A stretch of 61,774 nt of DNA, filler included, from Myxococcota bacterium (GCA_023150835.1; 4 parts of 4 records of this genome joined end to end with filler, not necessarily neighbours in it); one strand, 5' to 3'; counted from the first letter of the whole stretch, positions 1-10,012 are shown. Notes: a model not told the origin generated them from the letters alone. A program made the numbers and translations.

Positions 1-130
1 GTTTGTGATAAGAAGCCTCTGGTTTGTGATAAGAAGCCTCTGGTTTGTGATAAGAAGCCTCTGGTTTGTGATAAGAAGCCTCTGGTTTGTGATAAGAAGC
101 CTCTGGTTTGTGATAAGAAGCCTCTGGTTT
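1..130. repeat. Perfect 21-bp tandem repeat (GTTTGTGATAAGAAGCCTCTG x6 plus partial), running off the window start
   Basis: Six identical units at 1-126 plus GTTT; no spacers. Confidence 0.97.
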
Positions 131-174
131 TTATCAAATCATACTTTTCGAATATCGTATGAAGAGTAAAGAAG

Positions 175-203
175 TTGACAAAACTTCGTCTTTGCGCTAT
201 CCA
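175..203 (+). promoter_or_regulatory. Putative sigma70 promoter for the 399-854 gene
   Basis: TTGACA (175-180), 17 bp, TATCCA (198-203); the -10 match is weak. Confidence 0.45.
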
Positions 204-262
204 AAGCGGAAGAGCCGTTTGTTTAGAAAGTGACGGAACGGCAAATTTGATATAAACAAATC

Positions 263-377
263 ATACGAAATCCGCCCGTTGCGTGATCGTAAAAATGTAG
301 GGGCAGCCCTCTGTGGATGCTCAACAATCGGGCGTCTACGCGCTCTATTTCGATCACAGATCACTCGGATGTCGTAT
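263..377 (+). mobile_element. 115-bp MITE/REP-like element, family A (ATACGA-ATCCG terminal inverted repeat around a GTAGGGGCAGCC..GGCTGCCC hairpin)
   Basis: Same-length copies at 17051-17165 and 61408-61522; terminal inverted repeat visible. Confidence 0.8.
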
Positions 378-398
378 CAGATGACGAAGGAGTTTTTG

Positions 399-854
399 AT
401 GAAAATTGACAAGGATACGTTGGATCTTTCAGGTGTTGCGATCCGCAATCTTACAGAACAAGAAAAAAAGCGATTGAAGCGTGTTCGAGAGGGGTACACA
501 GAAAAAGCGAAAGATGTTCTTTTGGCTCTTTCTTCAAAACCGACATCGCTTCGTGTTCCGTCGGTGGATATTCCAGCGATGATCGTGGAAGCCGAGACAA
601 TCTTGCAATTGCAAAAAGCGCTGGCTTGGGTGACTGAAAAGCAAGAAGTTCTTGAAGAAACATTGCGTTGGAAGCAAGACCAACTCAAGAAGCAGATGGA
701 TCTTCTTTCGGACGTTGCCAAGCCGATGTCTACGCAAGAAGATCAGCTTGCGGGTATTTTTGCGGATTACTGGGATTTTTCTGCTGAACCTGCCAAAAAA
801 GCAGCGGTGACGCGCCGCAAAAAAAAGAGTGACTCTTCTCCTGATAATGCTTAG
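399..854 (+). CDS. Small alpha-helical hypothetical protein with basic C-terminal tail (151 aa)
   Basis: AAGGAG RBS before ATG 399; amphipathic helices; ends AKKAAVTRRKKK. Confidence 0.85.
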   Translation: MKIDKDTLDLSGVAIRNLTEQEKKRLKRVREGYTEKAKDVLLALSSKPTSLRVPSVDIPAMIVEAETILQLQKALAWVTEKQEVLEETLRWKQDQLKKQMDLLSDVAKPMSTQEDQLAGIFADYWDFSAEPAKKAAVTRRKKKSDSSPDNA

Positions 855-923
855 TTCTCCGACGAGCGGCGTCTATTCTTTGAAGTGGACGAGCCTTGAC
901 ACGGGTGGATGGGCATTGAAGCA

Positions 924-1385
924 ATGAGTATCACGCGAGAAGAATTGATCGAAACCATCATGTACTATTTCAACGAGCATATCCCTTTTAACAAGCTGGT
1001 TGGGATCGTGGTGGATGAAGTATCGACGGAAGAAGTGGTCTTACGCTTTGCGATGAAGCCAGATCTGGTGGGGAATACGTTCAAAGGCATCTTGCATGGC
1101 GGTGTGACTTCGACGGTGTTGGATGTGGCGGGTGGTTTGGTGGCGATGATCAACGCGATCGATCGGGTGTTTCAAAGCGATCCATCGTTGATCCAAGAGA
1201 AGATGAGCAAGATCGGGACGATCGATATGCGTGTGGATTATTTGCGACCGGGTTATGGGAACGAATTCACTGCTCGGGCCAAGGTTATCCGTCACGGAAA
1301 AAAGATCGCCGTCACGCGGATGGAGTTGCGCAACGAACAAGGCGAAGAGATCGCTTTGGGGACGGCCACGTATCTGGTGGGCTAG
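924..1385 (+). CDS. yigI: Hotdog-fold thioesterase (PaaI/YigI family)
   Basis: IPFNKLVG, GILHGG..LDVAGG, GTIDMRVDYLRPG, ALGTATYLVG motifs. Confidence 0.85.
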   Translation: MSITREELIETIMYYFNEHIPFNKLVGIVVDEVSTEEVVLRFAMKPDLVGNTFKGILHGGVTSTVLDVAGGLVAMINAIDRVFQSDPSLIQEKMSKIGTIDMRVDYLRPGYGNEFTARAKVIRHGKKIAVTRMELRNEQGEEIALGTATYLVG

Positions 1386-1415
1386 GCTTTGCTGATCGAT
1401 AGAAGGGAGTTGCCG

Positions 1416-3236
1416 ATGGTGGGGATGCGTTCTTGGCTGATTCTTGGATTGTTGGGTTGGTTGGGCTTGGGCTTGCTTCGTTGCGTGCCTGTCGGGGTGG
1501 ACGAGCCTTCAGGCGAGTTGGTGGTGATCGGGGAGGGGGTGGGCCGAGATACAGTCACTACGCAGGAGATATCGTCATCGCAAGAAGATACATCGAACGA
1601 GCCTGTTGCGAGCGATCAGGCTAATGATGCGGCAGAACAAGAATCCCTGCCTACGGAAGATTCCGTCGCAGAAGGAACACTTGTGGATGGTTCTTCGGTG
1701 GAGGGAGTTGTGCCAGAAGAACGTGCTTCGCAAGAGGCCGCGCCGCTGGAAGCCTCGGAGGATGGGGGATCTTCCGAGGTTTCGGTTGTAGAAAAGAACT
1801 CTCCTGAGGCTGCGGAGCCGATGCCTGAGCCGACAGTCGAACGCCTTGCAGCGTGTCGAAGTGCCGATGGCAAGGACTTGTGCGATGATGGGAATGCTTG
1901 CAATGGCGTGGAGCGTTGTGAGGATCGGACAGGCCAGTGCATCGCAGGAAAGCCGATGGTTTGTGATGATGGCGATGACTGTAACGGAACGGAGACGTGT
2001 GATCCAAAGCTTGGGAAGTGCGTTGCTGCGTCATCGTGGGTGTGTCCGATCGCACCGAGCGAATGCAATCAGACGGGAGGCGCAGGGCAGCCTGTGGCGG
2101 GGCGGGTGGTTTCGTTTCAACCTGTGGGCGGGTTTCGTTTGCGTGATCTCGAACAATGGTCGTCTTCTGAGCAGATCGCCGATCAGATCGCGGCACATCC
2201 GAGCGTTGCAAAAGTGGCGTTGTCTGCGGTGTTGCAAGATCTCAATCGTTCGGGGAGCAAAGTGAGCGCGATCAACGGTGTTTCTTGTCTTGCGCGGGGC
2301 TATTCGTGGGAGAGCGGGGACAATGCGGTGGCGTATTGGTATCCCCAAGGTCTGACGGGGAGTGCTTCGGCCAACAGCACAGGAAAAGTGGATGGAAAGA
2401 GCGTATTGATCGCCAGTTGGTATCACAAACCCGAAGAAGACAGCAGCACCACCGTCAACAAAGGTGTGCGGGTGAGCATCGTGGACAGCAGCAACCAAGC
2501 GGCGTGGCCGTATCGCCACGCTTTGTTGGTTGAGCCGATGATGAGCAACGGCAAGCCGAGTTATCGACCGATCGAGATCCATGCAGGAGGGATGGCATGG
2601 TTTGGAAATTATCTCTATGTGGCGGATACTTCAAAGGGCTTTCGGGTCTTTGATCTGCGGCGGATCTTGCGCGTGCAGACAGACGATAACAACGCCATCG
2701 GATACGTTGCTGCAAAAGACGAATATCACGGCTTTGGATACAGATATGTGATCCCCCAAGTGAATCTTTACACGCGCTGCTCAGGGTCGTGTTGTGTGCG
2801 CTTTTCTTTTGCTTTCATGGCGGTCTCTGCGCAAAGTCCGTCGCTTTTGTCAGGAGAATACACCAACGTCAATACCAACGCTCGGTTGCATCGTTGGCGT
2901 TTGGACCCCACGAGCGGAAAGCTGGTGGTCAAGAACCGAACAGCCGTTGCGACGGAGATCTTGTTTCCGGGCGTGATCAAGATGCAAGGAGCCGCCATCG
3001 AAGGAACGCGGATCTGGGTATCGAGCAGTCAGCCCAAAAACAGCTCCCCCACTTCGCCCGGGAGCCTGTACACGGGCATGATCGGCGGTGCGATAGCGAC
3101 TTATCGTTATCCGTACCCGCCCGAAGATATGCACCTTTCCCACACCGACGACCTGCTGTGGAGTCAAACTGAAAACCCCAACAGTCGGTATGTTTACGCG
3201 ATCCAACATACGCGCCTTGGTAGCGCCTGTCCGTAG
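1416..3236 (+). CDS. Exported (lipo)protein: acidic linker, Cys-rich CDDG..CNG.E.C repeats and probable beta-propeller-like C-terminal domain
   Basis: Hydrophobic N-terminus ending LLRC; two CDDGxxCNGxExC units; WYPQG, HAGGMAW, YLYVADT and GYRYVIPQ motifs. Confidence 0.75.
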   Translation: MVGMRSWLILGLLGWLGLGLLRCVPVGVDEPSGELVVIGEGVGRDTVTTQEISSSQEDTSNEPVASDQANDAAEQESLPTEDSVAEGTLVDGSSVEGVVPEERASQEAAPLEASEDGGSSEVSVVEKNSPEAAEPMPEPTVERLAACRSADGKDLCDDGNACNGVERCEDRTGQCIAGKPMVCDDGDDCNGTETCDPKLGKCVAASSWVCPIAPSECNQTGGAGQPVAGRVVSFQPVGGFRLRDLEQWSSSEQIADQIAAHPSVAKVALSAVLQDLNRSGSKVSAINGVSCLARGYSWESGDNAVAYWYPQGLTGSASANSTGKVDGKSVLIASWYHKPEEDSSTTVNKGVRVSIVDSSNQAAWPYRHALLVEPMMSNGKPSYRPIEIHAGGMAWFGNYLYVADTSKGFRVFDLRRILRVQTDDNNAIGYVAAKDEYHGFGYRYVIPQVNLYTRCSGSCCVRFSFAFMAVSAQSPSLLSGEYTNVNTNARLHRWRLDPTSGKLVVKNRTAVATEILFPGVIKMQGAAIEGTRIWVSSSQPKNSSPTSPGSLYTGMIGGAIATYRYPYPPEDMHLSHTDDLLWSQTENPNSRYVYAIQHTRLGSACP

Positions 3237-3278
3237 ATAGGACAGTGGTGGGGCTTGTTTTCGGTTCAAGAGAGGGGT

Positions 3279-3560
3279 GATATCCGAGAGAAGTGTACAC
3301 AAAAGGTAGGTGCGATCTGCTGTAAGCGCCCTGTTGTCGGGCAGCCACAGGGGGCTGCCCCTACGTTTTTCGATCACACGATGGGCGGATTTCGTATGGC
3401 GCAGTGTCCCAAAAAAGCCGTGTTCGCGCTCCTTCGAGCGACAGCGTCGTTGGTTTGAAAAACGGTGATCTCTTCGCCGATACGGGGTCAAGGGGCCAAT
3501 GGTCTATGGCGGGGTTTGGTACCTCGTCCCACAAAAACCATCCAAATGCGTAAGTCCTAT
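3279..3560. repeat. Intergenic composite: family A element (minus strand) followed by family B (GGGGTCAAGGG) element
   Basis: GGGCAGCCACAGGGGGCTGCCCCTAC...CGGATTTCGTAT, then AAAAAAGCCGTGTTCGCG...CGGGGTCAAGGGG...TGCGTAAGTCC. Confidence 0.8.
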
Positions 3561-3564
3561 CGGA

Positions 3565-5532
3565 TCAAGAGAACAGGACGTGTTCTTTCAAGAAGGCCAT
3601 GAGTTCGCGGTAATAGGCGAGGATGGTTTCGGATCTTCGCCAGCCGTGCCCTTCGCCCTCGAATAGTCGGTAGATATGGGGGACGCCACGGGCTTTGAGG
3701 GCTTGAGCGATCGATTCGGATTGATCGGGCGGGACGACGCGATCTTCGCTACCTTGGAAGATGGCGATCGGATCTTGGATCTTGTGGGCATGAAAGAGCG
3801 GAGACCATGCGCGGTAGCGATCGGCGGCTTGGGGGAGAGGGCCGATCAGGGAATCGAGATAGTGGGATTCAAACTTGTGTGTATCGGCGGCCAAGGTGAA
3901 GAGGTTGGAGACTCCGAATAGGCAAACGCCCGCCCGAAACAACTTGGGGTGGTGGATTAGGGCATTGAGTACTGTATAACCTCCCGCACTTCCGCCTCGA
4001 ATGATCAAGCGGGTGGGATCGCCCAAGCCTTGATCGATCAAGGCTCTTGCGCCACCTGCGGCGTCTTCAACATCCAACGCGCCCCATTGTTGGCGCAAGG
4101 CGTTTCGATAGGTCTTTCCGTAGCCTGTGCTGCCGCGATAATTGACGGCCAACATCCCGAAGCCTCGGCTTGTAAAGAAGGCGGTATCTGCTGAATAAGA
4201 AGCGATGCGTTGCGCGGTAGGGCCACCGTGTATGTCGACAAGTACGGGGGGCAAGCCTTCACCTTCGCAAGTGGCGGAAGCAGGAGCGTAATACAAGCCG
4301 AAGACTTGGGTGCCGTCAGGAGCCGACCAAGAGATCGGTTTGGGCGTGGGCAAAGCGTCTTCTGTGAAGCGTTCACCGCTGGCGCGGCGCAAGATCAGCG
4401 GTTTCATGGGGGAAAGGGTGGGTTCGCGCTCTCCGTCTGCGGAAAAGGGAGATCTTTCGGGGCTTGTGTAAGGTGAGGTGTCTGCATCGGTGCGCTCCGC
4501 AGCGGGCCACGAAAAGACCACGACGCGCTGCGAGATCTGCGCAGAGGACACCAAACACGCGACCTGTGCGCGAGATGCCGATGTGACGGGCTGCATCAAA
4601 GCGGTGTAGGGGCTTTCGATCGCAAGACAGACGCCGCTTTGGATATCGCAACGCCACAGCGAACCGACGCCTTGATCGTTGCGCAAAAACAAGATCTCGC
4701 GGCTGTCATGCGACCAAGCATACGTGCGCATCCCTTGGCCCCAAGCAGGCTCGATCAAGGTGCATCCAAGATCCAGCAACACCCGCCATTCCCCCGCTTC
4801 GAGGTCATACAACACCAACTGATCCCACTCGCCTTCGTTGATCAGATAGCTGAGATAACGGCCATCAGGCGAAAAACTTGGTTGAAAAACAGGGGTGCCT
4901 TTTCCTCCCGCGATCAAAGTGATATCGCTGCTGTCCGTTCCTGACGCATCGACGTGAGCGATCATCAGGCGGCAGCCATCCCACGGCATATTGGGATGAT
5001 CCCATTCGACCCACGAAACCGTCGCCCCATCCGCATGGATCGTCGGCTGCATATAAAAGTCGGCTCCTGAAAACAATCGATACGGCCAACGTCGGCCTTC
5101 GATATCCACCGTCGCAAGGCAATCTTTGCCCTCATAAGAATGAACATACAGCACCCACCGACCCAACGGATCGATCACAGGTGACGCTGCCGAACCAAAG
5201 GCAGGTGTTAAGGCCCAAGGTGCGCCCGCTTCGATGCGTTGGGCATACAAACGCCCGCTCTTTTCGGCATACACCACATGCCCATGTAGCGCGTCGAAGT
5301 CGCCCCCGCCGTATCCGACACCTGCCCGCACATGGTGTTCTTCCGTCAGATCGTGCGGTGCATCGTCCAAGGCACACCCGACCAAGACTCCCCGATCAGA
5401 ACGCTCTTCGAGCCACACCAACGTATCACTCGAACCATCCCAGCGCAGATCACGAAAACGCAGGCTTTGTGACAAGGCTTCCGCCGAGATCGGACTGGAC
5501 CACAGACCATAAGGAACTTTTTGTTTTGACAT
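3565..5532 (-). CDS. S9 family peptidase (acylaminoacyl-peptidase/DPP-like)
   Basis: PYGLWSSPIS N-terminus, HGGPT, GGSAGG nucleophile, EDRVV, GEGHG. Confidence 0.95.
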   Translation of the reverse strand: MSKQKVPYGLWSSPISAEALSQSLRFRDLRWDGSSDTLVWLEERSDRGVLVGCALDDAPHDLTEEHHVRAGVGYGGGDFDALHGHVVYAEKSGRLYAQRIEAGAPWALTPAFGSAASPVIDPLGRWVLYVHSYEGKDCLATVDIEGRRWPYRLFSGADFYMQPTIHADGATVSWVEWDHPNMPWDGCRLMIAHVDASGTDSSDITLIAGGKGTPVFQPSFSPDGRYLSYLINEGEWDQLVLYDLEAGEWRVLLDLGCTLIEPAWGQGMRTYAWSHDSREILFLRNDQGVGSLWRCDIQSGVCLAIESPYTALMQPVTSASRAQVACLVSSAQISQRVVVFSWPAAERTDADTSPYTSPERSPFSADGEREPTLSPMKPLILRRASGERFTEDALPTPKPISWSAPDGTQVFGLYYAPASATCEGEGLPPVLVDIHGGPTAQRIASYSADTAFFTSRGFGMLAVNYRGSTGYGKTYRNALRQQWGALDVEDAAGGARALIDQGLGDPTRLIIRGGSAGGYTVLNALIHHPKLFRAGVCLFGVSNLFTLAADTHKFESHYLDSLIGPLPQAADRYRAWSPLFHAHKIQDPIAIFQGSEDRVVPPDQSESIAQALKARGVPHIYRLFEGEGHGWRRSETILAYYRELMAFLKEHVLFS

Positions 5533-5655
5533 CTTTGTGCCTTTCTTTCTTCGAGCTTCAGACGCGGAGGCCGATCGAACGGGTGACGAATCCAGCCTCG
5601 AATCACTCGGATGTTTCGAGGTCTTGTGTTTCACTGCTTCGATCGGTCTGTGCTA

Positions 5656-6999
5656 TCAGACGCGGAAGGTGTCGCGGAGGTATTGGGAAAAGGCTTCATA
5701 GGAAGCGTTGATCGAAGTGAAGGATTCTTCGCCGAGCAACGCGGCTTCGATGGCGGGTGGGAGAGGCGGATCGATGCCCAAGATCGCTTGCATCGCTTCG
5801 GGGAATTTGGCGGGGTGCGCGGTTTCGACGACCAATGTCGGGCAGGATGCGCCGTGTCGTTGGCGATATCGCTGCATTCCACACCATGCAACCGCTCCGT
5901 GTGGCTCAAGCAGGATGCCTTCAGACCACGCACTACGCATCGCTGCTGCGGTGTCTGGGTCGCTCACGCTGGTGGAAAAGAAATCTCTTTGGAGTGCAAG
6001 CATCTCGGGTGACTTGTGGATCTGCCCGATCTCGTCCATCTGTCCGTCATAAACGGACACCACACGCGCAAGATTCGAGGGATGTCCAACATTCATCGCA
6101 TTGGATAAACAATTGCGCGAAGGGACGATCTTTTCGTATCGTCCTGTCTGCAAAAAGCGGGGGAACTCGTCATTTTCGTTGACGGCAGCCACGAGATGAC
6201 GCAGCGGCACGCCGCATCTTCGGGCGATCCAAGCGCCCATGATGTTGCCAAAGTTTCCACACGGTACGACCACGCTGATCTCGCCCTGTCCTTGGGTGAT
6301 CTGCGCCCATGCGTAGGCGTAATACACGCTTTGCGGTAACAAACGCCCGATGTTGATCGAATTGGCCGAAGACAAGGGCAGAGAAGAAAAGGTTGGATCG
6401 GAAAAAGCGCGTTTGACGAAGGCTTGGCAATCATCAAACTTGCCGTCCACCGCCACACAGCGGATGTTTCCGTTGAGCGTGGTCATCAGCTTGCGTTGGC
6501 GGAGGCTCACCTCGGTTTCGGGAAACAAGACCACCACTTCGATGCCCGGGACACCATAAAAGGCGTGTGCGATCGCGCTGCCTGTATCTCCCGATGTTGC
6601 GGTCAAGATCAAGAGTTCGCGGCCTTCTTGTTCCAAAAACCGTGACATCATGCGCGCCATCGCTCGGGCGGCAAAGTCCTTAAACGAGGCGGTGGGGCCT
6701 TGATCGAGACGCAGCAGAAAACGCCCCGATCCCGCCTCTTCGATCGGTATGGGAAAAGGGTAAGCTTCTTCACACAACGAAGCCAACGCATCGGACGGCA
6801 GATCGGCTCCGACAAAGGGCTTCAAGATATCGTGCGCCAACGCCGCATAAGACAAGGACGGCCATGTGGCCCGTTCCTCCGCTGAAAACGTCGGATATTC
6901 GGTGGGTAGATACAATCCGCGATCGGGGGCTTGGCCTGCAAGCAGCGCCTCCCGAAACGAGACGAGGGGCGATTGAAGATTGGTGCTGCGATAGCGCAT
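5656..6999 (-). CDS. thrC: Threonine synthase
   Basis: GPTASFKDF (PLP Lys), TATSGDTG, SANSINIGRL, PCGNFGN, ETAHPAKF. Confidence 0.97.
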   Translation of the reverse strand: MRYRSTNLQSPLVSFREALLAGQAPDRGLYLPTEYPTFSAEERATWPSLSYAALAHDILKPFVGADLPSDALASLCEEAYPFPIPIEEAGSGRFLLRLDQGPTASFKDFAARAMARMMSRFLEQEGRELLILTATSGDTGSAIAHAFYGVPGIEVVVLFPETEVSLRQRKLMTTLNGNIRCVAVDGKFDDCQAFVKRAFSDPTFSSLPLSSANSINIGRLLPQSVYYAYAWAQITQGQGEISVVVPCGNFGNIMGAWIARRCGVPLRHLVAAVNENDEFPRFLQTGRYEKIVPSRNCLSNAMNVGHPSNLARVVSVYDGQMDEIGQIHKSPEMLALQRDFFSTSVSDPDTAAAMRSAWSEGILLEPHGAVAWCGMQRYRQRHGASCPTLVVETAHPAKFPEAMQAILGIDPPLPPAIEAALLGEESFTSINASYEAFSQYLRDTFRV

Positions 7000-7117
7000 T
7001 CGCTCTTGTTCCTTTTTTATCGGATCGGTGTGACTGTGATGGTTTGATGGGGTCTTGCAGTTTCAAATAGAACAGGCAATCCTAGGGGCGTGACAAGACG
7101 CATAGAGGATCCATCGT

Positions 7118-8554
7118 ATGTTTGCAACTGCCCAAACAATCTCCCTTTTGGACCTTGCTTTCCAAGGCCCGCTCCACATCGGTTATAGCCTTGCTCTCTT
7201 GTTGTACGGAGCGTTTGCGGGTGTTTGGTTTGTGCGGCGCTTCCGCCATGACCGACAACAAATACAGGCGTCCGTTGAACAAGCACAAGCCACCCTCCAA
7301 CGCCTGCAACAAACTTCTGTCCCGATCGATGCGGCTGCATGGCCCGCATTTTTGCGTGAACACAAACTGTACGAACTGGCTGCAACGCTGGAATCGGGAC
7401 CCTCTTCTGCGACGCTGGAAACCCAGTCTGTGCGTTGGCTTGCACGCACGTCTGCTGACCCCCCCGTCAGTCCGCCGTCATCGTTGCTACCGCCTGCATT
7501 TTTTGTCGCGTTGGGCGTCTTGGGGACGCTGTGGGGGGCGCTGTCTTCGACTTCGCAGACGTGGATGTTTGCGCTGTGGCCCTCGGTCTGCGGGCTTTGT
7601 GTAGCGCTGATCGCCAGCCTGTTCGAGCGCGGGCTTCAATACACACACCAACGCCTTTTGCAACAACACCAAGAAGCCGCTGCCCAACGCCGCGCTTGGA
7701 TTGATCAAGTGATCTTGCCCCAACTACCGAATCTTCGCCGTTCGCGTGGTGTTCATGCACTCGAACATCTCCAACGCACGCTCTCGCAATTTATCGAAGC
7801 GCAGTCTGCCTCGTCGCCTTCGGAGGTGTGGGCTTCCTTGGCTCAACGGCAAGAGCAAACCCAACAAAAGCTTGAGCAGATCCTCCAATCCCTTCAATCT
7901 CTTCAGACCTTACCGCAGATCCTTCAAGGTTGGAGTACGCCTTTTGAGCGGGTCGAGCAAAGCCTTGAGGCGTGGTGCGCGACTCTCGATGGCATGGATG
8001 AAAAATTACAACGATTCTCTCGCGTCCTTGCGGAAGGTCTCGAACCGATCGCCCACAGCGAGCGGCTGCTAAGCGAGCGCATCGCCGCGCTCAGTCGGCA
8101 TTATGTCGCGCTGAGCGATATGCTCGAACGCATCGAACAACACGAACGCTTGCTCCCACAACGCACCGCTGATCTACTCAAGCTCTCCCTGCGGCCCGCA
8201 CACCAACTCCTCCAACGCGCAAGCCTCAGTCTTGTCGGGCTTCTTGAACAGTCGCTGAATCAACAAACGCGTGAACGAGAAGGCTGGCGCCGATTGATGG
8301 GCGAGATGAATGAGCGATTGAACAGCTTTGATCGTTTGACCCACGCTTACGAGAAAATGAACCACGAACTCAGCAGCGTGGCCGATACCCTCACCGAACT
8401 CTCGACACAGATCCGCTTTCGCCCGATCATCCCGACCCTCAACCAACAAGACACACAAAACATCAATGAAGCCCTCGAAACAGAGATCGAACAACTTCTC
8501 AACGATGGCTTCCGCGATCTGCAAGTGCCTCCCCCCTCGCAAGAGCCTTCTTAG
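7118..8554 (+). CDS. MotA/TolQ/ExbB-like (ZorA-like) membrane protein with long helical cytoplasmic tail
   Basis: Three TM segments including P..FVALGVLGTLWG and SVCGLCVALIASL, then about 300 aa Q/L/E-rich coiled coil. Confidence 0.55.
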   Translation: MFATAQTISLLDLAFQGPLHIGYSLALLLYGAFAGVWFVRRFRHDRQQIQASVEQAQATLQRLQQTSVPIDAAAWPAFLREHKLYELAATLESGPSSATLETQSVRWLARTSADPPVSPPSSLLPPAFFVALGVLGTLWGALSSTSQTWMFALWPSVCGLCVALIASLFERGLQYTHQRLLQQHQEAAAQRRAWIDQVILPQLPNLRRSRGVHALEHLQRTLSQFIEAQSASSPSEVWASLAQRQEQTQQKLEQILQSLQSLQTLPQILQGWSTPFERVEQSLEAWCATLDGMDEKLQRFSRVLAEGLEPIAHSERLLSERIAALSRHYVALSDMLERIEQHERLLPQRTADLLKLSLRPAHQLLQRASLSLVGLLEQSLNQQTREREGWRRLMGEMNERLNSFDRLTHAYEKMNHELSSVADTLTELSTQIRFRPIIPTLNQQDTQNINEALETEIEQLLNDGFRDLQVPPPSQEPS

Positions 8555-8596
8555 CCCTCTTGCCACCGCGTCTTGCGATCGCCAAAGGAGTGAGCC

Positions 8597-8989
8597 ATGA
8601 CCGTTCTCGCCGAATGTACCGATGCTTTGCTCTACTTGCTTGATTACATGGTTGGCATCGACAAAAATCTCGACGCCCAAGAAACGCGCTACTTTATCCG
8701 CATCGCACGCCAACTCCACCAAGACGACTTTCTCTCCGTCCAAAAAAAGATCCAACGCATCGCCCAACTCGGCAACGATCCCCAACACGATCCCCAAACC
8801 CTCCTCCAAGAAGCCTGCGCCACCATCCGAAAAGAGCAACGCGCCGAAGAAGCCGTACAGATGTTGCGCAAGATGGCCGCCGTCGACGGCCACATCCACG
8901 ACCGCGAACAAGCACTGTTTGATCAGATCTGCCAACTTCTCGGCATCCCCACGTCCCCTCTGACCCTTGACGCCAACGCCGCCTCTTAA
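8597..8989 (+). CDS. TerB-like (tellurite resistance/DjlA N-terminal) protein
   Basis: YMVGIDKNLDAQE and MAAVDGHIHDREQALFDQICQLLG half-motifs; AAGGAG RBS. Confidence 0.8.
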   Translation: MTVLAECTDALLYLLDYMVGIDKNLDAQETRYFIRIARQLHQDDFLSVQKKIQRIAQLGNDPQHDPQTLLQEACATIRKEQRAEEAVQMLRKMAAVDGHIHDREQALFDQICQLLGIPTSPLTLDANAAS

Positions 8990-9028
8990 CTACAAAGACG
9001 CGAGTGTGCGTGGGCTTTCTCTTGATTT

Positions 9029-9193
9029 GACTTACGCATTTGGTTCGGTTTTGTGGGGTTGGAACCCCACACCCCGCCATAAACTGTCGCCCCTTGACCC
9101 CGTGTTGGCCTCCGTGATCGATGGTTTTTCAAACCAACAGCACAGCCGATCGAGCGTTCGCGAACACGGCTTTTTTTGGCAACTGCGTAAGTC
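9029..9193 (-). mobile_element. Family B MITE-like element bounded by GACTTACGCA/TGCGTAAGTC inverted repeats
   Basis: 10-bp perfect terminal inverted repeat; internal CCCCTTGACCCC and GTGGGG..CCCCAC hairpins shared with about 9 other copies. Confidence 0.75.
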
Positions 9194-9262
9194 CTATCTT
9201 GATTTGACGCACCTGCACGTTCACTTGCGCCCTGCCCCAAACCTCTCGTAAAGGAGTCTGTG

Positions 9263-10012
9263 ATGCTTCTCTCTCGCTCTCTCCGATGGTTGCTTTGTTC
9301 TTTTGTTTTCGCTGCCTCCTTGTCTTACGCCTGCCCTTCGCACGCACAAACAGAAACTTATCTCGTCACGGTTGTTGACGCTCAGATCGCACCCCTCAAA
9401 CAAAACAAACGACGATGGGATGGCGGTTTTGGCAAGATGACTCTCCCTGACGTCTTCGTCCAATTTGAAATCGGCGGAAAGCGCTATCGCACCACCGTCA
9501 TCAACAACACCCTTCTCCCTTCTTGGAAGATGACTTGGACCGTCCAAGCCCGACCCGACGAACGCATCTACATCAAAGTCCTCGACAAAGACCTCTCCGA
9601 CAACGACCTCATCGGCGAAGGTGACGGCCTGATCGGACAAATGCCTCCCAAACTTTTCTTTGGACAAGTTCTCTCCCTCCGCATCACCGTTGAAAAAGTT
9701 TCTCCCCCAAAACCTGTGAAGCCCGTTGTGCCCGTTGTACCTGTAAAACCCATCGTACCTGTAAAACCCGTTGTACCTGTAAAGCCCGTTGTACCTGTAA
9801 AGCCCGTTGTACCCGTTGTACCTGTGAAGCCCGTTGTGCCTGTAAAGCCCGTTGTACCTGTAAAACCCGTTGTGCCCGTTGTGCCCGTTGTACCTGTAAA
9901 ACCCGTTGTGCCCGTTGTGCCTGTAAAGCCCGTTGTGCCTGTAAAGCTCGAACTACCGACAACAAAGCCAGCGGATGTGCCGACGTCTCGGCCAGTTTCA
10001 AGCCCGAAGTGA
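9263..10012 (+). CDS. Secreted C2-domain protein with Pro/Val/Lys repeat tail
   Basis: Signal peptide; [33 protein letters not shown] are C2 hallmarks; (PVKPVV)n at 9710-9945. Confidence 0.8.
   Translation: MLLSRSLRWLLCSFVFAASLSYACPSHAQTETYLVTVVDAQIAPLKQNKRRWDGGFGKMTLPDVFVQFEIGGKRYRTTVINNTLLPSWKMTWTVQARPDERIYIKVLDKDLSDNDLIGEGDGLIGQMPPKLFFGQVLSLRITVEKVSPPKPVKPVVPVVPVKPIVPVKPVVPVKPVVPVKPVVPVVPVKPVVPVKPVVPVKPVVPVVPVVPVKPVVPVVPVKPVVPVKLELPTTKPADVPTSRPVSSPK

Noticed and set aside
1-130. CRISPR array or telomere
   Set aside because: No spacers; its position at the edge is more simply explained by an assembly or window break in a repeat.
279-398. N-terminal extensions such as NVGAALCGC or VGQPQGAAPT in several ORFs
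   Set aside because: These are translations of the REP hairpin, not protein motifs.
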